From an uncultured Saprospiraceae bacterium (GTDB lineage: Bacteria > Bacteroidota > Bacteroidia > Chitinophagales > Saprospiraceae), in the NCBI GenBank assembly GCA_964442355.1, contig CAYTZS010000002.1, forward strand, positions 10,775 through 74,774: DNA of 64,000 nucleotides. Direction: 5' to 3'. Position numbers and translations under genes: made by a program. Positions 51,921 through 62,827 of this stretch are shown here, one piece after another. The stretch's first letter is position 1, and each line of letters begins with the position of its first letter. A model generated the notes under the pieces. That model did not search any database. It was not told the DNA's origin and was given only the letters and a program-made list of their open reading frames with translations.

Positions 51921-54443
51921 TTGAAAACCACCCTCCACAGCATTTTTGGCAAAATCCCCTTGGCAGTGAGTCTGTTAAAAACTTGCCTGCTGATTTTGCT
52001 AGGCAGTAATCTCGCTGCCCAAGTCCTACCCATCCCCGCTGCTCCTGCCAATGGCTCCGCTTGGGAGTACATTGGGCCGCACGAGCCACCGACACCCGGG
52101 CCAGGCACAGGTTGGGGCAGTACGGGCACCGGGGCGCAGGTTCGAGTCCGTTTCTTCAACAACAAAGCGGCCAACCCCACGGAACTCTACGCTGCCACTC
52201 CCATCGGGGGGCTTTTCCGCACCCGCAACGTGCTCGATTCTGTGCCAATCTGGGAGAACATCACCGACAGTACCCGCTTGCCTGTGTTGGGTGTCCGTTC
52301 GTTTGCATTTGCACCCGGCGACCCCAACACCATCTACCTCGGCACGGGAATCCGTTACCCGCTTGACTACCGCCGCAGCTACGGCATCGGGTTGCTGAAA
52401 ACCACCGACGGCGGGCGAACTTGGCAGGAAACAGGGCTGCGTTTCCAGCCGCCGGGCAGCATGGCAGAGGTTATTCACGACGTGCTCACCCACCCCACCA
52501 GCCCCGACACCATCCACGCCCTCTGTGGCAAAGACTACTACCGCTCCGACGATGCTGGCAACAGTTTTACCCTAAAAAAGACGAACCCCTACCCCTGCCC
52601 CGCAGGCTGGGAAACGGCCTTCCGCTCGCTGCTGCACAAACCGGGCAGCCCGCACGTGCTGTACCTCAGTGCCGATGCAGAGTATTTTTTCAGGTCAAAA
52701 AACAGTGGCGAGACTTGGGAGGAGGTGGCGATTGACAGCAGCTTGGGCGTTGACGAGCCGGTCATGCGCATCGACATGGCGGTTTCGGAACGCAACCCGG
52801 CACTGGTTTACCTCGGCGTTTCCGCAAGGCGGAGCGAGTTCATCCTGCGGTCGCTCGACAGCGGCGAGACGTGGCAACTCCTGCTGAAAAAAAGCCTCGG
52901 CAGCAGCTACGAGAAACATGTCATCGCCATTTCACCCAACGACGACAACGTGCTTTACGTCGGCGGGCTGCATGTCCACGAAGTGAGGCTAGACCCTTCG
53001 GGAAAGGCCACCACCAGGCAAATCACGGCCAGCAACGTCCACCTCGACCACCGGGAACTTTGCGTGGTGAGCGACGTGCAAGGCGGCGACATCATCTACT
53101 CCGCCAACGACGGCGGGCTTTACCGGGCAACATTTGACGGCAAAAAATGGCAGTGGCGAGACGTGTCGGGCCGGGGCTTCAACAACATGCAGTTTTACGG
53201 CATTGCCGTGGCCGAGGACTACTCAGTGATGCCCGGCGGCACGCAAGACCTCGGCACCATGCTCATCCGGCCCGATGGCAATTCCACCAAGCCCAACCTC
53301 GGCGGCGATGGCACGGACTGTGCCGTTGACCCGTACAACCCCGACAACCTGTTCAGCATTTCGTGGGCGCTGGGGCCGCCCGTCATTTTCAAAAGCACCG
53401 ACGGCGGCAACGCTTGGAAACAGTGGCGAAAAGGCATCGTGTCCAATGGCGACAGCTACCACCACCCCATGATTTTCCATAAAAACGGCAGCTTGTACAC
53501 TGGCACAACAAAGGTTCACCGACTGCCCTACGGCTCGGATGCTTGGCTGCAAATCGGCGACATTGACCTGCCAACGAAAGACCCTTGGCGGGTAACGGCG
53601 ATGTCCGTCAGCAGCGACGGCAACACGATTTATGCCTTTGGCGACCAACTTTACCGCTCCGACAACCCCGATGCAGACTCGCTTGCTACTTGGATTCCGC
53701 TGGGGGCAAACATGGGCGACGCCGTCATCTACAAGCGGGGCGGCAGCGGCATTTTGGCCGTGGAGTGCGACCCCGAAGATGAGCGCCGGGTGTGGGTAAG
53801 TTTCAAGAATTTCGACAAGCCGCACAAGGTTTACTTTTCCGCCGACGGCGGCGAAACTTGGAGCAACAGGAGCCGGGGGTTACCGCCTTTTCCCATCAGC
53901 GCCTTGGCGGCGCAGGCTGGCACCGACGACGTGCTGTACGCTGGCACGGACGTGGGGGTGTACGTGAACCTCAACGCCAGCAACCCCGACTCGGAGTGGC
54001 AGCCGTTCAACGCTGGGCTACCCGTCTGCCTCGTGGCCGATTTAGAGGTAAACTATTGCGAAGGAAAACTGGTGGCGGGCACCCACGGGCGGGGCATCTG
54101 GGCAACGCCGTTCGCCGTGCCGTCGGAGTTTGAGGCCATCGAAGTGCGGCGTGATGAAACTTGGGACTTCCGGCTGCTACGCTCCGATGTGGTGGTGCAT
54201 AGCGGCTCGACGCTGACATTGCGGGGCGAGGTGCGCATTGCCGAAGGCAAAAAAATCAGGGTAGAAAAGGACGCCAAACTCGTGCTGGATGGGGCGCATT
54301 TGTCCGAGCTTTGTGGCAAACCGTGGGGCAGCATCGAGACAAAGGCGGGGAACCGGGGCTTTCTCGGCCTGTTTTTTGGGAAAGAGCCGGGCCAGGTGCT
54401 GCTGCAAAATGATGCGACAGTAACTGGCAGCTCGACGAATTGA
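51921..54443 (+). CDS. BNR/sortilin-like beta-propeller repeat protein, secreted
   Basis: 840 aa with a TTG start and a signal peptide. It has Asp-box-like repeats (TTDGGRTW, SKNSGETW, SLDSGETW, STDGGNAW, SADGGETW). Confidence 0.8.
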   Translation: MKTTLHSIFGKIPLAVSLLKTCLLILLGSNLAAQVLPIPAAPANGSAWEYIGPHEPPTPGPGTGWGSTGTGAQVRVRFFNNKAANPTELYAATPIGGLFRTRNVLDSVPIWENITDSTRLPVLGVRSFAFAPGDPNTIYLGTGIRYPLDYRRSYGIGLLKTTDGGRTWQETGLRFQPPGSMAEVIHDVLTHPTSPDTIHALCGKDYYRSDDAGNSFTLKKTNPYPCPAGWETAFRSLLHKPGSPHVLYLSADAEYFFRSKNSGETWEEVAIDSSLGVDEPVMRIDMAVSERNPALVYLGVSARRSEFILRSLDSGETWQLLLKKSLGSSYEKHVIAISPNDDNVLYVGGLHVHEVRLDPSGKATTRQITASNVHLDHRELCVVSDVQGGDIIYSANDGGLYRATFDGKKWQWRDVSGRGFNNMQFYGIAVAEDYSVMPGGTQDLGTMLIRPDGNSTKPNLGGDGTDCAVDPYNPDNLFSISWALGPPVIFKSTDGGNAWKQWRKGIVSNGDSYHHPMIFHKNGSLYTGTTKVHRLPYGSDAWLQIGDIDLPTKDPWRVTAMSVSSDGNTIYAFGDQLYRSDNPDADSLATWIPLGANMGDAVIYKRGGSGILAVECDPEDERRVWVSFKNFDKPHKVYFSADGGETWSNRSRGLPPFPISALAAQAGTDDVLYAGTDVGVYVNLNASNPDSEWQPFNAGLPVCLVADLEVNYCEGKLVAGTHGRGIWATPFAVPSEFEAIEVRRDETWDFRLLRSDVVVHSGSTLTLRGEVRIAEGKKIRVEKDAKLVLDGAHLSELCGKPWGSIETKAGNRGFLGLFFGKEPGQVLLQNDATVTGSSTN

Positions 54444-54535
54444 ATTGCCTCAGTTTTTGCAACTTTGTGCTTGGCTCACAGACTTGGTTTGAAAAACGAC
54501 ACAACTTTTATTGCAAAAAAAATATTTGTAAACTG

Positions 54536-55525
54536 ATGAAATCGAACAGCTTACTCATTTTTATCCTGCTTGCGACTTGGGCGCAGGCGCAGCACACCTA
54601 CATCTCCGACAGGCGGTTTTATGCCCCTGACGAACTGATTGGCTACGACTTCAAGCCAGCAGTGAAGGAGGTTCCCAACGAACAACAAATAGAGCTTACC
54701 CCCGGCGAGTATTCGTTGGGCATCACCCACACCAACCTCTACGTGAAGGGCGAGGGACTGGAAGGTGTTTACAACATCAACAACATGCAGCCCGAAGACT
54801 ACGGCTTCAAGCTGACGCTGATGAACGCCCGTGACGCTCGCTTGCAGGGGCATTTGAAAGTAATCCTGAACAAGTACGGTATGGTGGAGATGCTGATTTT
54901 CAAACGCTCGCCCAGCGACAAGGAGACCATTTTTTACCTCGCCGCCATTCCCAGCAAAGTGAAGGAGGACGAAAAAGCCTACTTCACCGACCGGGGCGAA
55001 CTGGCCATTGCGCACCCCGATTCGATTTGGGGCAAAAAGTTCCGGCCGTTCCTGCGCGTACACACTGCCGACCGGGTGCAGGAGCGCCTGCGCATGAAGG
55101 ACAGCACGAGCATCAGTTTTGTGGAAAAAATCACCATCGAAGAAAAGGAGGTGAAGAAGAAAAAGAAGGACAGCGCCGCTGCTCCCGTCGCCACCGACTC
55201 GTTGGCGCAAGCCGCTGACGCCCTCCCTGCCGACAGCACCGCCGCCGCAGGCCCGGAGAAAAAGGTGAAAATCATCAAGGAATATTTCGTGGTGGTGCGC
55301 TCCATCGTGCAGTTCGAGGACGGCCTTCGGGAAGACAAGACCTGGGAGCACCCCGTCAAGCGAATCTCGGAGAAGGAGGACAAGCAGGCAGGCGAGCAGG
55401 AGGAGCGCTTCCAATGGGAATTCGTGAACGACAAGAAGGACAAAATCGTGCTCTACCTCAACGGCGACCACACGGTTAGCTCGATGGTCATCAATGACAA
55501 GACTTATTTGATGCGGGGTTTTTAG
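54536..55525 (+). CDS. hypothetical secreted protein with a Lys/Glu-rich central segment
   Basis: Trimmed to the ATG at 54536 (MKSNSLLIFILLATWAQAQ). I recognise no family. Confidence 0.6.
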   Translation: MKSNSLLIFILLATWAQAQHTYISDRRFYAPDELIGYDFKPAVKEVPNEQQIELTPGEYSLGITHTNLYVKGEGLEGVYNINNMQPEDYGFKLTLMNARDARLQGHLKVILNKYGMVEMLIFKRSPSDKETIFYLAAIPSKVKEDEKAYFTDRGELAIAHPDSIWGKKFRPFLRVHTADRVQERLRMKDSTSISFVEKITIEEKEVKKKKKDSAAAPVATDSLAQAADALPADSTAAAGPEKKVKIIKEYFVVVRSIVQFEDGLREDKTWEHPVKRISEKEDKQAGEQEERFQWEFVNDKKDKIVLYLNGDHTVSSMVINDKTYLMRGF

Positions 55526-55526
55526 G

Positions 55527-55557
55527 GATTTACGATGGACGATTTACGAATGACGAT
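55527..55557. repeat. GATTTACGA-word element, copy 3 of 3
   Basis: GATTTACGATGGACGATTTACGAATGACGAT, immediately after the stop at 55525. Confidence 0.7.
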
Positions 55558-55598
55558 AGGGGGAGAAGGAGCGTTTGGATTTTAGTGGGCAATGGCCG

Positions 55599-55606
55599 TA
55601 GCTTTG
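55599..55606 (+). promoter_or_regulatory. candidate -7 box (TAGCTTTG)
   Basis: TAnnTTTG match 47 nt upstream of the metF ATG. Confidence 0.3.
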
Positions 55607-55653
55607 TGTCAAAATAACAATTAAACACTCCCAGCTATCCAACTTTTTTTACC

Positions 55654-56610
55654 ATGAAAGTAACCGAATACTTCGAGAACGCCAAGGGTCAGACGCTCGT
55701 CTCCTTTGAAGTGCTGCCACCACTGAAAGGAGGCAGCATGAAGGCCATTTTCGATACCCTGGATCCGCTGATGGAGTTCAAGCCTCCGTTCATTGACGTA
55801 ACCTACCACCGGGAGGATTTCGTTTACAAAAAAATGCCGAGCGGCTACTACGAGAAAATTGCCATCCGCAAGCGCCCCGGCACGGTAGGCATCTGCGCCG
55901 CCATCATGCACCGCTACGGGGTGGACGCTGTGCCGCACCTCATCTGCGGCGGCTTCACGAAGGAGGAAACGGAAAACGCCCTCATTGACCTCAACTTCCT
56001 CAACATCAACAATGTGCTGGCCCTGCGGGGCGACGCCGCCAGTTTCGACGGACGGTTCGTGCCAGACCCCAACGGCCACGAGTTCGCCCTCGACCTCGTG
56101 AAACAGGTGGACGGCATGAACCACGGCCAGTACCTCGACGACAACATCAAGGACGGCCTGAAAACGGACTTCTGCATCGGCATCGCTGGCTACCCGGAGA
56201 AGCACTTCGAGGCACCGAACATCGCCACCGACCTCGCATTTACGAAGGCCAAGGTGGATGCTGGCGCAAAGTACATCGTCACGCAGATGTTCTTCGACAA
56301 CCGCCACTACTTCAGCTACGTGGAGGAATGCCGCAAGGTTGGCATCAACGTGCCCATCGTGCCGGGCCTGAAACCGCTGACCAAATTGCACCAACTCAGC
56401 TCCATCCCCCGCCATTTCTACATTGACCTGCCCGACGACCTCGTGAACGCCCTGCAAAAAGCAGCCACCCCAAAGATGCGGCAGGAGATTGGCGTCGAGT
56501 GGCTCATTGCACAGTCCAAGGAACTGAAGGCAGCAGGTGTGCCCTGCCTGCACTACTACACGATGGGCGACGCCGACACTATCCGGCAGGTGGCGGAGAC
56601 GGTGTTTTAG
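55654..56610 (+). CDS. metF: 5,10-methylenetetrahydrofolate reductase
   Basis: 318 aa. It has SFEVLPPLKG, VDAVPHLICGG, LALRGD and YIVTQMFFD, which are classic MetF blocks. Confidence 0.9.
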   Translation: MKVTEYFENAKGQTLVSFEVLPPLKGGSMKAIFDTLDPLMEFKPPFIDVTYHREDFVYKKMPSGYYEKIAIRKRPGTVGICAAIMHRYGVDAVPHLICGGFTKEETENALIDLNFLNINNVLALRGDAASFDGRFVPDPNGHEFALDLVKQVDGMNHGQYLDDNIKDGLKTDFCIGIAGYPEKHFEAPNIATDLAFTKAKVDAGAKYIVTQMFFDNRHYFSYVEECRKVGINVPIVPGLKPLTKLHQLSSIPRHFYIDLPDDLVNALQKAATPKMRQEIGVEWLIAQSKELKAAGVPCLHYYTMGDADTIRQVAETVF

Positions 56611-56935
56611 CGCCAAGACCTGCCAAGTTTTTGAGACTTTGAGGGCCTTTCGAAACGACTTCAGACATTTTCCTTTCCATCAAAGCTTGGTAAATCAAAA
56701 AAGCAGATTTACTTTTGCTGAGCCTTTAGTATATTCTCTTTCCCTTTCCAAAGGCTCAGCTGGAAAAAATCTCATTCGCCAAACAAGTTTAGAACACTGA
56801 CATCTCCCCCGCTGTGGCACTCCCACTAGCCGATTTTGAGTGTGCTTTTTGACCAATTTTGAATATCGTTTTTGACCGTTCACCCCTAGAACGGGACAAG
56901 AACACAGACAATTTTTACCAAAACTGTTAACCATC

Positions 56936-59900
56936 ATGAACACAACACGACTGCTGTGCAGCATCGGGCTGTCAGCGATTTTATCCCTTTTCCTCCAACA
57001 GCAAACAATGGCCTGCGGGTACGCCTACGTCTCGGACTGCGCTACCCAACTTGACATCGAAGTGAACGGCGTTACTTCCACTTTTCAAGTGTCGAGCTGC
57101 CCGTACCTCACCATTTTTCCGAGCCATAATTTCGGCTCGCCCACCAGTTTGAACATCACCAAGGCCAAGTCGCAGACTTGGGAAAGTTGCAACAACAACG
57201 TGATGAACGCCAAGCTGTTCTACCGCATTTACCCCCAAAATGGCAGCCCCGGCTCGTTTGCCCCGTTTCTGCTGCCGCAACTCACAACCGTGACCAACGG
57301 CCCGTACCGCACCAAAACGAGGGAAGGTAATCCCAACCTCAACCTATTGGCAGGGCTGAACCCCGGTAGCTACTTCATCGAAATCTACTTCGAGTCGGAC
57401 GTGGACTTCAACAACAACGGCACGCCCGACGACCAAATCCGCAAGAACAATAATGGGGCAAACTACAAGGCCAGTTTCACCATCCCGACCGGGCAGGGCG
57501 GCTCCCTCAACGTGCAGTTGGTGAACAAAACCAACGTGACCTGCAACGGCGGCTCGAATGGCAGCGCAACCGTGACAGTGGCAAATGGCACAGCACCTTA
57601 CACTTTCGCCTGGTCGAACGGGGCAACCACGGCCAGCATCACAAACCTTGCCGCTGGCAACTACACCGTGACAGCCACCGACGCCAACGGCAACACGGGT
57701 ACGCTCATCGTCAACATCGGCCAACCAGCGCCGCTCAACGCTAACGTGACCGGGGTGGATGAAACCAGCGCTCCTGCCAACAACGGCAGTGCCACCGCTG
57801 CGCCAACGGGCGGCACTTCGCCCTACACCTACCTGTGGAGCACGGGAGCCACCACAGCCACCATCAACAACCTGAACAGCGGCACTTACACCGTGACTGT
57901 GACGGATGCAAACAACTGCACAAAGACAGGCAGCGTGGTCATCAGCGTCTCCGGCGCCAACCCAACCAACTACTGCGCCAGCAGCGGCACCCCTTGGGTG
58001 GATTGGATAACGAGGGTAAAACTCAACAGCATTGACAACACCTCCGGCAAAGCGCTTTACACTTTTTTTAGCACCGTCAGCACCGAATTGAATACCGGCA
58101 CCAGTTACACCATCACGCTCGAAAACGCTTACAGTTGGCAGACCTACGACGAATACTGGAAGGTCTGGATTGACTTCAACCGAAACGGCATATTCGAGGA
58201 GCCTGCCGAGGTAGCCTACTCCGGCATCGTCACCGCACCGCCGCTCGGCACCCCCAGCAGCACCAAAGTAGGTACGGTGCTCGTACCTGCCACTGCTGAC
58301 CTCGGCATTACCCGCATGCGAGTTTCATTGAAAAGGGGTGCTTACGCAACGCCCTGCGAGACCATTCCCGCAGGCGAAGTGGAGGACTACGTCATCAACC
58401 TCGTGAGCGACGGTCCCGTGCCATGCAGCATCGAAGCCACCACCTCCAACGTCACCTGCAACGCCAACGGCACCAACGCCGACCCTGAAGACGACACTTT
58501 TACGTTCAGCTTGACAGTGAACGGCAACGGCACTGGCGCTTCTTGGTCAACCACCGTGGGCGGCCAAAATTATACGGGCAACTACGGCTCACCCGTAACC
58601 ATCGGCCCATTGCCCATCAGCGGCGGCGTGGTCAATTTCACCGTAACAGATTCAGGTACAGGCACTTGCACAGCCACGGGTAGCATAACGCCGCCGGCTC
58701 CCTGCTCCAGTGTCACGCCATGCACCATCAACGCCACCACGACACCAGCCGTTTGCAATAACAACGGCACTCCGAATGACCCTGCCGACGACACCTACAC
58801 CTTCAGCATGACGGTGACGGGCACCAACAGTGGCAATGGTTGGACAACGACCGTCCTCGGTGCTCCACAAACTGGGCCTTACGGCACGGCCACTCTCATG
58901 GGGCCATATCCCATCAGCGGCGGCGTGTTGAACTTCACCATCCAAGACAGCAACAGCCCGGCCTGCACCAAGGCCATGACAGTGACGCCGCCAAGCGCTT
59001 GCAGCAACGGCAGCGGCGGGCCAAGCTACTGTGCCTCCAGCAGCGGCTTCCCCTGGCACGACTGGATTGCAGGCATTCAGGCTGGCAGTTTGAACAACCC
59101 ATCCAGCAAGACGGCTTACAGCGATTTCACCAGCCTCACTGCAAATGCAACTGCGGGACAGAACCTGCCCATCACCCTCACGGCAGGATTTAGCTGGTAC
59201 ACCTACGAGGAAAGCTGGAAAATCTGGATTGACTACAACCACGACGGCACTTTCCAAGAGCCGAATGAGGTGGCATTCTCGCAAACTATCCCAGCACCAC
59301 CCAACGGCACCAACACGTTCAATGTGCCCGGCAGCATCGCCATCCCAGCCACGGCACTCACTGGCCCCACCCGAATGAGGGTGACGATGAAACGTGGCAG
59401 CACGGCACCTTCACCCTGCGAGACGGTTGAATACGGTGAAGTGGAGGATTACACCGTGAATATTGGCAGCAGCTTGAACGAGGGAGGCACTGGTAATCGG
59501 CAGCCAAAAATTGCTTTGAATGCGCACACCAGTTTAAATGAAGTGGCTATTTTTGGTGCGATTGAAATGCCCGCCAATGCTGGATTTTGGGTTTTGGAAA
59601 AACTGGTGGACGACGCCACAGCCGAGCCGCTACTGACTGGCTTTGCTGACCCATCGCATGACGACCAACTAGTAGTGGAAGTCATTGACAATCAACCCAT
59701 TGAAGGAGAAAACCAATACCGCCTGATGCTCTTCGACCAGACTGGCAATTTACTGGCCGAGCGCCTCGCAACGGCACATTTCGAGCAGGTTGGAAGCTTC
59801 ACGCTGTTCCCTAACCCAGCGAGTCAGGCATTTTCCATTGAAATGGAAAAACTGGTAGGCAAACAGGTAACCGTGGAAGTGTTCAACCGTTTCGGCCACC

Positions 59901-60043
59901 TTGTTTATCGGGAGAACATTGCAGAAGTGGTACAGTCCACCCACCAGATTCGCATAGATGGCTGGAACGATGGCATGTACTTCGTGCAGCTGACACCAGT
60001 TGGCCGGAAGCCAATTGCACAGCGACTTATGGTTGCAAAATGA
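56936..60043 (+). CDS. T9SS-secreted multidomain surface protein (2 SprB-type repeats, 2 GEVED domains, 2 Cys-framed repeats, C-terminal sorting domain)
   Basis: 1035 aa with a signal peptide. SprB-like repeats include [37 protein letters not shown] motifs are GEVEDYV and GEVEDYT. The C-terminal [15 protein letters not shown]...GMYFVQL is a Por/T9SS type A sorting signal. Confidence 0.85.
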   Translation: MNTTRLLCSIGLSAILSLFLQQQTMACGYAYVSDCATQLDIEVNGVTSTFQVSSCPYLTIFPSHNFGSPTSLNITKAKSQTWESCNNNVMNAKLFYRIYPQNGSPGSFAPFLLPQLTTVTNGPYRTKTREGNPNLNLLAGLNPGSYFIEIYFESDVDFNNNGTPDDQIRKNNNGANYKASFTIPTGQGGSLNVQLVNKTNVTCNGGSNGSATVTVANGTAPYTFAWSNGATTASITNLAAGNYTVTATDANGNTGTLIVNIGQPAPLNANVTGVDETSAPANNGSATAAPTGGTSPYTYLWSTGATTATINNLNSGTYTVTVTDANNCTKTGSVVISVSGANPTNYCASSGTPWVDWITRVKLNSIDNTSGKALYTFFSTVSTELNTGTSYTITLENAYSWQTYDEYWKVWIDFNRNGIFEEPAEVAYSGIVTAPPLGTPSSTKVGTVLVPATADLGITRMRVSLKRGAYATPCETIPAGEVEDYVINLVSDGPVPCSIEATTSNVTCNANGTNADPEDDTFTFSLTVNGNGTGASWSTTVGGQNYTGNYGSPVTIGPLPISGGVVNFTVTDSGTGTCTATGSITPPAPCSSVTPCTINATTTPAVCNNNGTPNDPADDTYTFSMTVTGTNSGNGWTTTVLGAPQTGPYGTATLMGPYPISGGVLNFTIQDSNSPACTKAMTVTPPSACSNGSGGPSYCASSSGFPWHDWIAGIQAGSLNNPSSKTAYSDFTSLTANATAGQNLPITLTAGFSWYTYEESWKIWIDYNHDGTFQEPNEVAFSQTIPAPPNGTNTFNVPGSIAIPATALTGPTRMRVTMKRGSTAPSPCETVEYGEVEDYTVNIGSSLNEGGTGNRQPKIALNAHTSLNEVAIFGAIEMPANAGFWVLEKLVDDATAEPLLTGFADPSHDDQLVVEVIDNQPIEGENQYRLMLFDQTGNLLAERLATAHFEQVGSFTLFPNPASQAFSIEMEKLVGKQVTVEVFNRFGHLVYRENIAEVVQSTHQIRIDGWNDGMYFVQLTPVGRKPIAQRLMVAK

Positions 60044-60110
60044 TGGGTTTGATAGGTTTGATGGGTTTGATTTGTCACGTTACGCTTCAAACCCATCAAA
60101 CTCCTCAAAC
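60041..60110. repeat. word-built hairpin (GATGGGTTTGAT words) between convergent genes
   Basis: TGATGGGTTTGATAGGTTTGATGGGTTTGATTTG ... CTTCAAACCCATCAAACTCCTCAAAC. Confidence 0.75.
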
Positions 60111-60982
60111 TATTTTTTTGGCAACAATTTGATGTAATCATTCACCACATCGTTCGCTACGGCAACAGCGAGGTTGTAGTGGCGGATTTTCCAGCCTTCG
60201 GGGGTCTTTTGCAGCACCCCGCTGCCCCGGCAGGGGCCCATCCATGTGTCGAGCTGCTCCTCGAACCAAGCAATTTGGCCATTGGAAGAAAGGTAAACTT
60301 GGCGGTCGTGGGCCGTGAACGCCCAGGCCGTTTCCCGCTCAAAGTATTTCTTTGCCCATTCCTTCATTTCATCCCTGAGCCAGCGCTCGCTGGCATCGGT
60401 GCCGAGATAGATACCTTCGGGGGTCATGCTGCCGAAAAAAGTGTCTTCGTCGGCCACTGCGGCGGCATGGTGCCAAGCGTCCATGAGCTTGTTGATGGCG
60501 GCAACGTCGGTGTTCGGTTCAGTCTGGCAGCCGTCACGGCGGCGGGTATCGGTAATCTGCGTGATTTTCCAGCCATTTTCACCCTTGAAAAGCTGGAAGG
60601 CGTTTACGCCGCAGTGCGACATTTTATTGCCAAGGTAAAAAGTGTACTCCGTCCAAGCGGTTGCGAGGCGACCGTCCACTCGCACATCGTAGCTCCAAAT
60701 GCGCTCGTCCCAGACTTCGGGGTGCGGCGTCCCAACTGCTTTGGCAAACTCGTCCACCGTTTCGTTGATGAGCATGGGCTTGCCTTCTTTGTTGGTGACG
60801 GCCGTTTGCAGTCGGGCCGATGGGTCGAAGGTGGAACGGAGCATGGTGCTGTCGCCCGCCCGCATGGCGTCGAACATGCGCTGGATGGTGGTGATGACGG
60901 CGGCTTCGTTGTCGTTGGCTGTTTGGGCCTTTGTACCGAAATGAAGGAGTAGGAAGACTGGAAAGAGGATTCTTTTTAGCAT
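60110..60982 (-). CDS. tandem SnoaL-like / NTF2-fold (DUF4440-type) protein, secreted
   Basis: Trimmed to the ATG at 60982 (MLKRILFPVFLLLHFGTKAQ). It has two roughly 130-aa halves with similar W-rich NTF2-like patterns. Confidence 0.65.
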   Translation of the reverse strand: MLKRILFPVFLLLHFGTKAQTANDNEAAVITTIQRMFDAMRAGDSTMLRSTFDPSARLQTAVTNKEGKPMLINETVDEFAKAVGTPHPEVWDERIWSYDVRVDGRLATAWTEYTFYLGNKMSHCGVNAFQLFKGENGWKITQITDTRRRDGCQTEPNTDVAAINKLMDAWHHAAAVADEDTFFGSMTPEGIYLGTDASERWLRDEMKEWAKKYFERETAWAFTAHDRQVYLSSNGQIAWFEEQLDTWMGPCRGSGVLQKTPEGWKIRHYNLAVAVANDVVNDYIKLLPKK

Positions 60983-61069
60983 AAAAATGGATTTTTCGTT
61001 TGTTGCTGATTTAAATGTTTTGAGGGAAATGACAAGGCTGATGAACGCTTGTTGCACCAAAATTGCGGA

Positions 61070-61774
61070 TTATCCGAGTTTGTTTTGGCTCAATTTTTCC
61101 AACAATTCCGCTTTCATGTTTTCACTGATAGGCAGTTTTTCCTTGCCTACTTTAACCGTGTTTCCTTCGATAAATTCAATGGCCGCCAAAGCGATGATAT
61201 ACGAGCGATGGATACGGGAAAACAACTCTTGCGGCAGTTGTTGCTCCACGGTGTTGAGGCGTTCTTTGGTAAGCAGCATCTTGTCTTTAGTGAAAACCTT
61301 CACGTAATCGCCATAAGCTTCGAGGTAGTTAATGGCCTGAATATCAACCTTGTACAATTTCTTGTCGGATTTCACCATGAGGAACTCTGGGCGGAGTGGA
61401 GCTGGGTTGGCAGTAGCGGCCAGCCGCTCCGCCGCCCGGTTCACAGCCTTGATGAAACGCTCCAGCGGGAAGGGTTTCAAGAGGTAATCCACAGCTTCCA
61501 GTTCGAAACCCTCCACAGCATACTCCGGGTAAGCGGTGGTGAAAACGACCAGCGGCTGCTGGTCGAGTGACTTGAGCAGGCTGATACCTGACAGCTTGGG
61601 CATGTTGATGTCGAGGAACATCAAATCTACCGGTCGGCGGCGCAGCTCCTCCATTGCCTCGAAGGCATTGCCGCAGGTGGCCACCAGTTCCAGTTGCGGC
61701 AGGTCGGCGGCGTATTTTTCGATGATTCGGAGCGAAAGCGGCTCGTCGTCCACAGCGATGCAGCGGATGTTCAT
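61070..61774 (-). CDS. LytTR-family two-component response regulator
   Basis: 234 aa. It has a receiver domain (IAVDDEP...DLMFLDINMP) and a C-terminal LytTR block (RIHRSYIIAL). Its ATG overlaps the kinase stop (ATGA). Confidence 0.9.
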   Translation of the reverse strand: MNIRCIAVDDEPLSLRIIEKYAADLPQLELVATCGNAFEAMEELRRRPVDLMFLDINMPKLSGISLLKSLDQQPLVVFTTAYPEYAVEGFELEAVDYLLKPFPLERFIKAVNRAAERLAATANPAPLRPEFLMVKSDKKLYKVDIQAINYLEAYGDYVKVFTKDKMLLTKERLNTVEQQLPQELFSRIHRSYIIALAAIEFIEGNTVKVGKEKLPISENMKAELLEKLSQNKLG

Positions 61775-62823
61775 GTTGTTTCAATTTTTAGTACGACCGT
61801 GAAGGTATTGATTCCATCGGTGATTTCGAGGTGGTGCTTGCCGGGGTAGAGCAGGTTCAATCGGCGGCGCAGGTTATCCAGCCCGACGCCCCCGCTGTAT
61901 TGCCCTTTTTCCACATCATCCACGGTGCCCTTGTTGTTTTCGGTTTTGAAAAGCAATTGATTATCAAGGTTTTGCAAAAGTATTTTAATGAATGCACCCG
62001 CTGTATCGCCCTTGATGCCGTGCTTGAAGCCGTTCTCAACTAATGGCAAAAACAGCAGCGGAGCAATCTGTTTTTCACCAGTTTCGCCCTGCACCTCGAA
62101 ACTGATTTTCGCCTTTTCACCGACCCGCAGCCGCTGCATTTCCACGAAATTATGCAGGTGCTCTACCTCCTTTTCAAGCGGCACGTAGTTGGCGTTGGAT
62201 TCGTACAGCAAGTAGCGCATGGTCTGCGAGAGCCGGAGGATGATACCGGGTGTTCGCTCGTCTTTATCGAGGGCGAGGGAGTAGAGGTTGTTCAGGCTGT
62301 TAAACAGGAAATGGGGGTTTAACTGCGATTTCAGGGCGCTGAGTTCGGTGGCGTTTTTTTCGGCTTCCAACCGCCGTAGCTGCGCTTGCATTTCCCGGTA
62401 TTTAAACCAGCTTTTTGATAGTTTAATTAATGAGGTGATAATAATAAAAGCGATGATAAACTGCGACATTTCCCAAAAACCGTAATAATCAATAAAATAA
62501 TAATCAGGAAATAAAAAATCAGATAAATACCTGAATGTCAATAAATTGAAACCGATGGAAGCACAAGCAACTACTGTTGTTAAAAGAAAATACAATCCAT
62601 ATTTCTCTGCTTTAAAATAAACTGGAATTAACCAATTTAAATTAAGATATACGGCCATCCAAATACTAAGGTGGAATAAAAAAGTATAGATAACATCTAC
62701 CTTGGCTATCTCGTCGGAGTAGGCAAAAAGCCGCATTAGCACATAAAACGAAACTGCCCAAAACAGCAGGTGTTGTACCATGCGGCTCTGGACAGTTTTA
62801 TTTATCAAATTTCGAATCTGCAT
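61771..62823 (-). CDS. LytS/YehU-type sensor histidine kinase
   Basis: 350 aa. It has an N-terminal multi-pass sensor region, the His_kinase block QLNPHFLFNSLNNL and a C-terminal ATPase fold (GVGLDNLRRRL). Confidence 0.85.
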   Translation of the reverse strand: MQIRNLINKTVQSRMVQHLLFWAVSFYVLMRLFAYSDEIAKVDVIYTFLFHLSIWMAVYLNLNWLIPVYFKAEKYGLYFLLTTVVACASIGFNLLTFRYLSDFLFPDYYFIDYYGFWEMSQFIIAFIIITSLIKLSKSWFKYREMQAQLRRLEAEKNATELSALKSQLNPHFLFNSLNNLYSLALDKDERTPGIILRLSQTMRYLLYESNANYVPLEKEVEHLHNFVEMQRLRVGEKAKISFEVQGETGEKQIAPLLFLPLVENGFKHGIKGDTAGAFIKILLQNLDNQLLFKTENNKGTVDDVEKGQYSGGVGLDNLRRRLNLLYPGKHHLEITDGINTFTVVLKIETT

Positions 62824-62827
62824 TGCG

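Noticed and set aside
55526-55653. SAM riboswitch upstream of metF
   Set aside because: No GAGGGA...GCCC...GCAACC or other SAM-I or SAM-II core elements are visible. The region is only 128 nt and is partly a word repeat.
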